From contig OZ024751.1 in assembly GCA_964016885.1 (NCBI GenBank), forward strand, positions 1,798,001 through 1,862,000: DNA of 64,000 nucleotides, written 5' to 3'. The stretch comes from Eledone cirrhosa. Its lineage: Eukaryota. The position numbers were made by a program, and so were the translations under genes. Shown here piece after piece: positions 63,001 through 64,000 of the stretch. Each line of letters starts with the position of its first letter. The first letter of the stretch is position 1. Below the pieces are notes generated by a model. The model was given only the letters and a program-made list of their open reading frames with translations, was not told the DNA's origin and did not search any database.

Positions 63001-64000
63001 TGTTGTTGGTGTTACTGTTGTTGGTGTTGTTGGTGTTACTGTTGTTGGTGGTGTTGGTGTTACTGTTGTTGGTGTTGTTGGTGTTACTGTTATTGGTGTT
63101 GGTGATGTTACTGTTGTTGGTGTTGTTGGTGTTACTGTTGTTGGTGTTGTTGGTGTTACTGTTGTTGATGTTGTTTGTGTTACTGTTGTTGATGGTGTTG
63201 GTGTTACTGTTGTTGCTGTTGTTAGTGTTACTGTTGTTGGTGATGTTGGTGTTACTGTTGTTGGTGTTGTTTGTGTTACTGTTGTTGGTGTTGTTGGTGT
63301 TACTGTTGTTGGTGTTGTTGGTGTTACTGTTGTTGGTGTTGTTGGTGTTACTGCTTTGGTGTTGTTGGGGTTACTGTTGTTGGTGTTGTTGGTGTTACTG
63401 TTGTTGGTGTTGTTGGTGTTACTGTTGTTGGTGTTGGTGGTGTTACTGTTGTTGGTGTTGTTGGTGTTACTGTTATTGGTGTTACTGTTGTTGGTGTTGG
63501 TGGTGTGACTGTTGTTGGTGTTGTTGGTGTTACTGTTGTTGGTGTTGTTAGTGTTACTGTTGTTGGTATTGTTAGTGTTACTGTTGTTGGTGTTGTTGGT
63601 GTTACTGTTGTTGGTGTTGTTGGTGTTACTGTTGTTGGTGTTGTTATTGTTACTGTTGTTGGTGTTGTTAGTGTTACTGTTGTTGGTGTTGTTGGTGTTA
63701 CTGTTGTTGGTGTTGTTAGTGTTACTGTTGTTGGTGTTGTTTTTGTTGGTGTTGGTGGTGTTGGTGTTACTGTTGTTGGTGTTGGTGGTCTTACTGTTGT
63801 TGTTGTTGTTGGTGTTACTGTTGTTGGTGTTGTTTTTGTTGGTGTTGGTGGTGTTGGTGTTACTGTTGTTGGTGTTGGTGGTCTTACTGTTGTTGGTGTT
63901 GTTGGTGTTACTGTTGTTGGTGTTGTTGGTGTTACTGTTGTTGGTGTTGTTGGTGTTACTGTTGTTGGTGTTGTTGGTGTTACTGTTGTTGGTGTTACTG

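Larger units (their letters stand above)
1..64000. repeat. Giant 24-bp tandem satellite/minisatellite array, consensus GTTACTGTTGTTGGTGTTGTTGGT (about 2,600-2,700 monomers), extending beyond both window ends
   Basis: Directly visible: GTTACT recurs about every 24 bp from the first to the last line, separated by two GTTGTTGGT 9-mers. Length variants of 15, 21 and 33 bp lose or gain a 9-mer or a triplet. No non-repeat interval was found. The monomer count is window length divided by 24. Confidence 0.99.
1..64000 (-). pseudogene. Possible decayed mucin-like (Pro/Thr-rich PTS-type) repeat exon, (VTPTTPTT)n; broken and unproven
   Basis: The minus-strand frame GTA ACA CCA ACA ACA CCA ACA ACA gives an 8-aa Thr/Pro repeat that compositionally resembles mucin PTS domains, which are often single very large exons. 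Against intact coding: dozens of frameshifts leading straight to CAG-TAA, plus in-frame TGA/TAA codons. No signal peptide, VWD, CysD or SEA domain, or exon boundary lies in the window. Any (AAC/ACC)-type repeat translates this way. Confidence 0.25.
37242..64000. repeat. Right-arm HOR family marked by GC(T/G)TTGGTGTTGTTGGGGTT, with an about 11 kb super-period
   Basis: The marker is at 37242, 46237, 52142, 57241, 60808 and 63353. Pairs 45915/56919 and 46237/57241 are 11004 apart. 37242/52142 is 14900, which is 10874 after removing two extra 2013-bp copies. Confidence 0.8.

Noticed and set aside
2-63551. Dozens of long poly-Leu/Val ORFs on the + strand that look like giant membrane proteins
   Set aside because: They are the TTG/GTG/CTG frame of the repeat, and their starts are ordinary repeat triplets. 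Uninterrupted hydrophobic runs of hundreds of residues without loops are not plausible proteins.
1-64000. CRISPR array (24-bp repeats)
   Set aside because: The monomers abut directly, with no unique spacers, leader sequence or cas genes.
1-64000. Telomerase-made telomeric tract (strong G/T versus A/C strand asymmetry, unit length similar to long yeast telomere repeats)
   Set aside because: Multi-kilobase HORs with heritable variant order indicate recombinational amplification rather than templated addition. The unit matches no telomere motif I recognise, and no chromosome end is visible. A subtelomeric location cannot be excluded.
1-64000. G-quadruplex or hairpin-forming array
   Set aside because: There are only GG doublets separated by 7-13 nt, which gives at best weak two-tier G4s. 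The strand has almost no self-complementarity, and I saw no inversion of the array orientation.

Overview
The whole 64 kb window is one uninterrupted tandem-repeat array that runs off both ends. I see no unique sequence, recognisable gene, RNA gene, transposon or CRISPR array. The consensus monomer is 24 bp, GTTACT-GTTGTTGGT-GTTGTTGGT (+ strand; 22 of 24 bases are G or T), a decorated (GTT)n/(AAC)n triplet repeat. Rare variant monomers act as barcodes and reveal nested higher-order repeats (HORs) with periods of about 324 bp, 716 bp, 1.1 kb, 1.5 kb, 2013 bp (x3), 3.7-4.7 kb, 5583 bp and 11 kb. On the minus strand one frame reads as a mucin-like Thr/Pro repeat (VTPTTPTT)n, a second as an Asn-rich repeat (NTNNTNNS)n, and the third hits TAA in nearly every monomer. 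By eye, the Thr/Pro frame is broken by 46 one-base deletions, one insertion and 9 nonsense codons. Most of these lesions recur identically in HOR copies, so they are real and were amplified with the array. The simplest reading is a non-coding, probably eukaryotic satellite, or a decayed mucin-like repeat that has kept expanding. The huge ORFs in the track are mostly by-products of the triplet structure. The most curious pattern is that seven HOR copies each give a minus-strand ORF of the form ATG / Asn-rich block / Thr-Pro block / stop. I flag this as a testable hypothesis, not a demonstrated system. All counts are manual and HOR boundaries are approximate.
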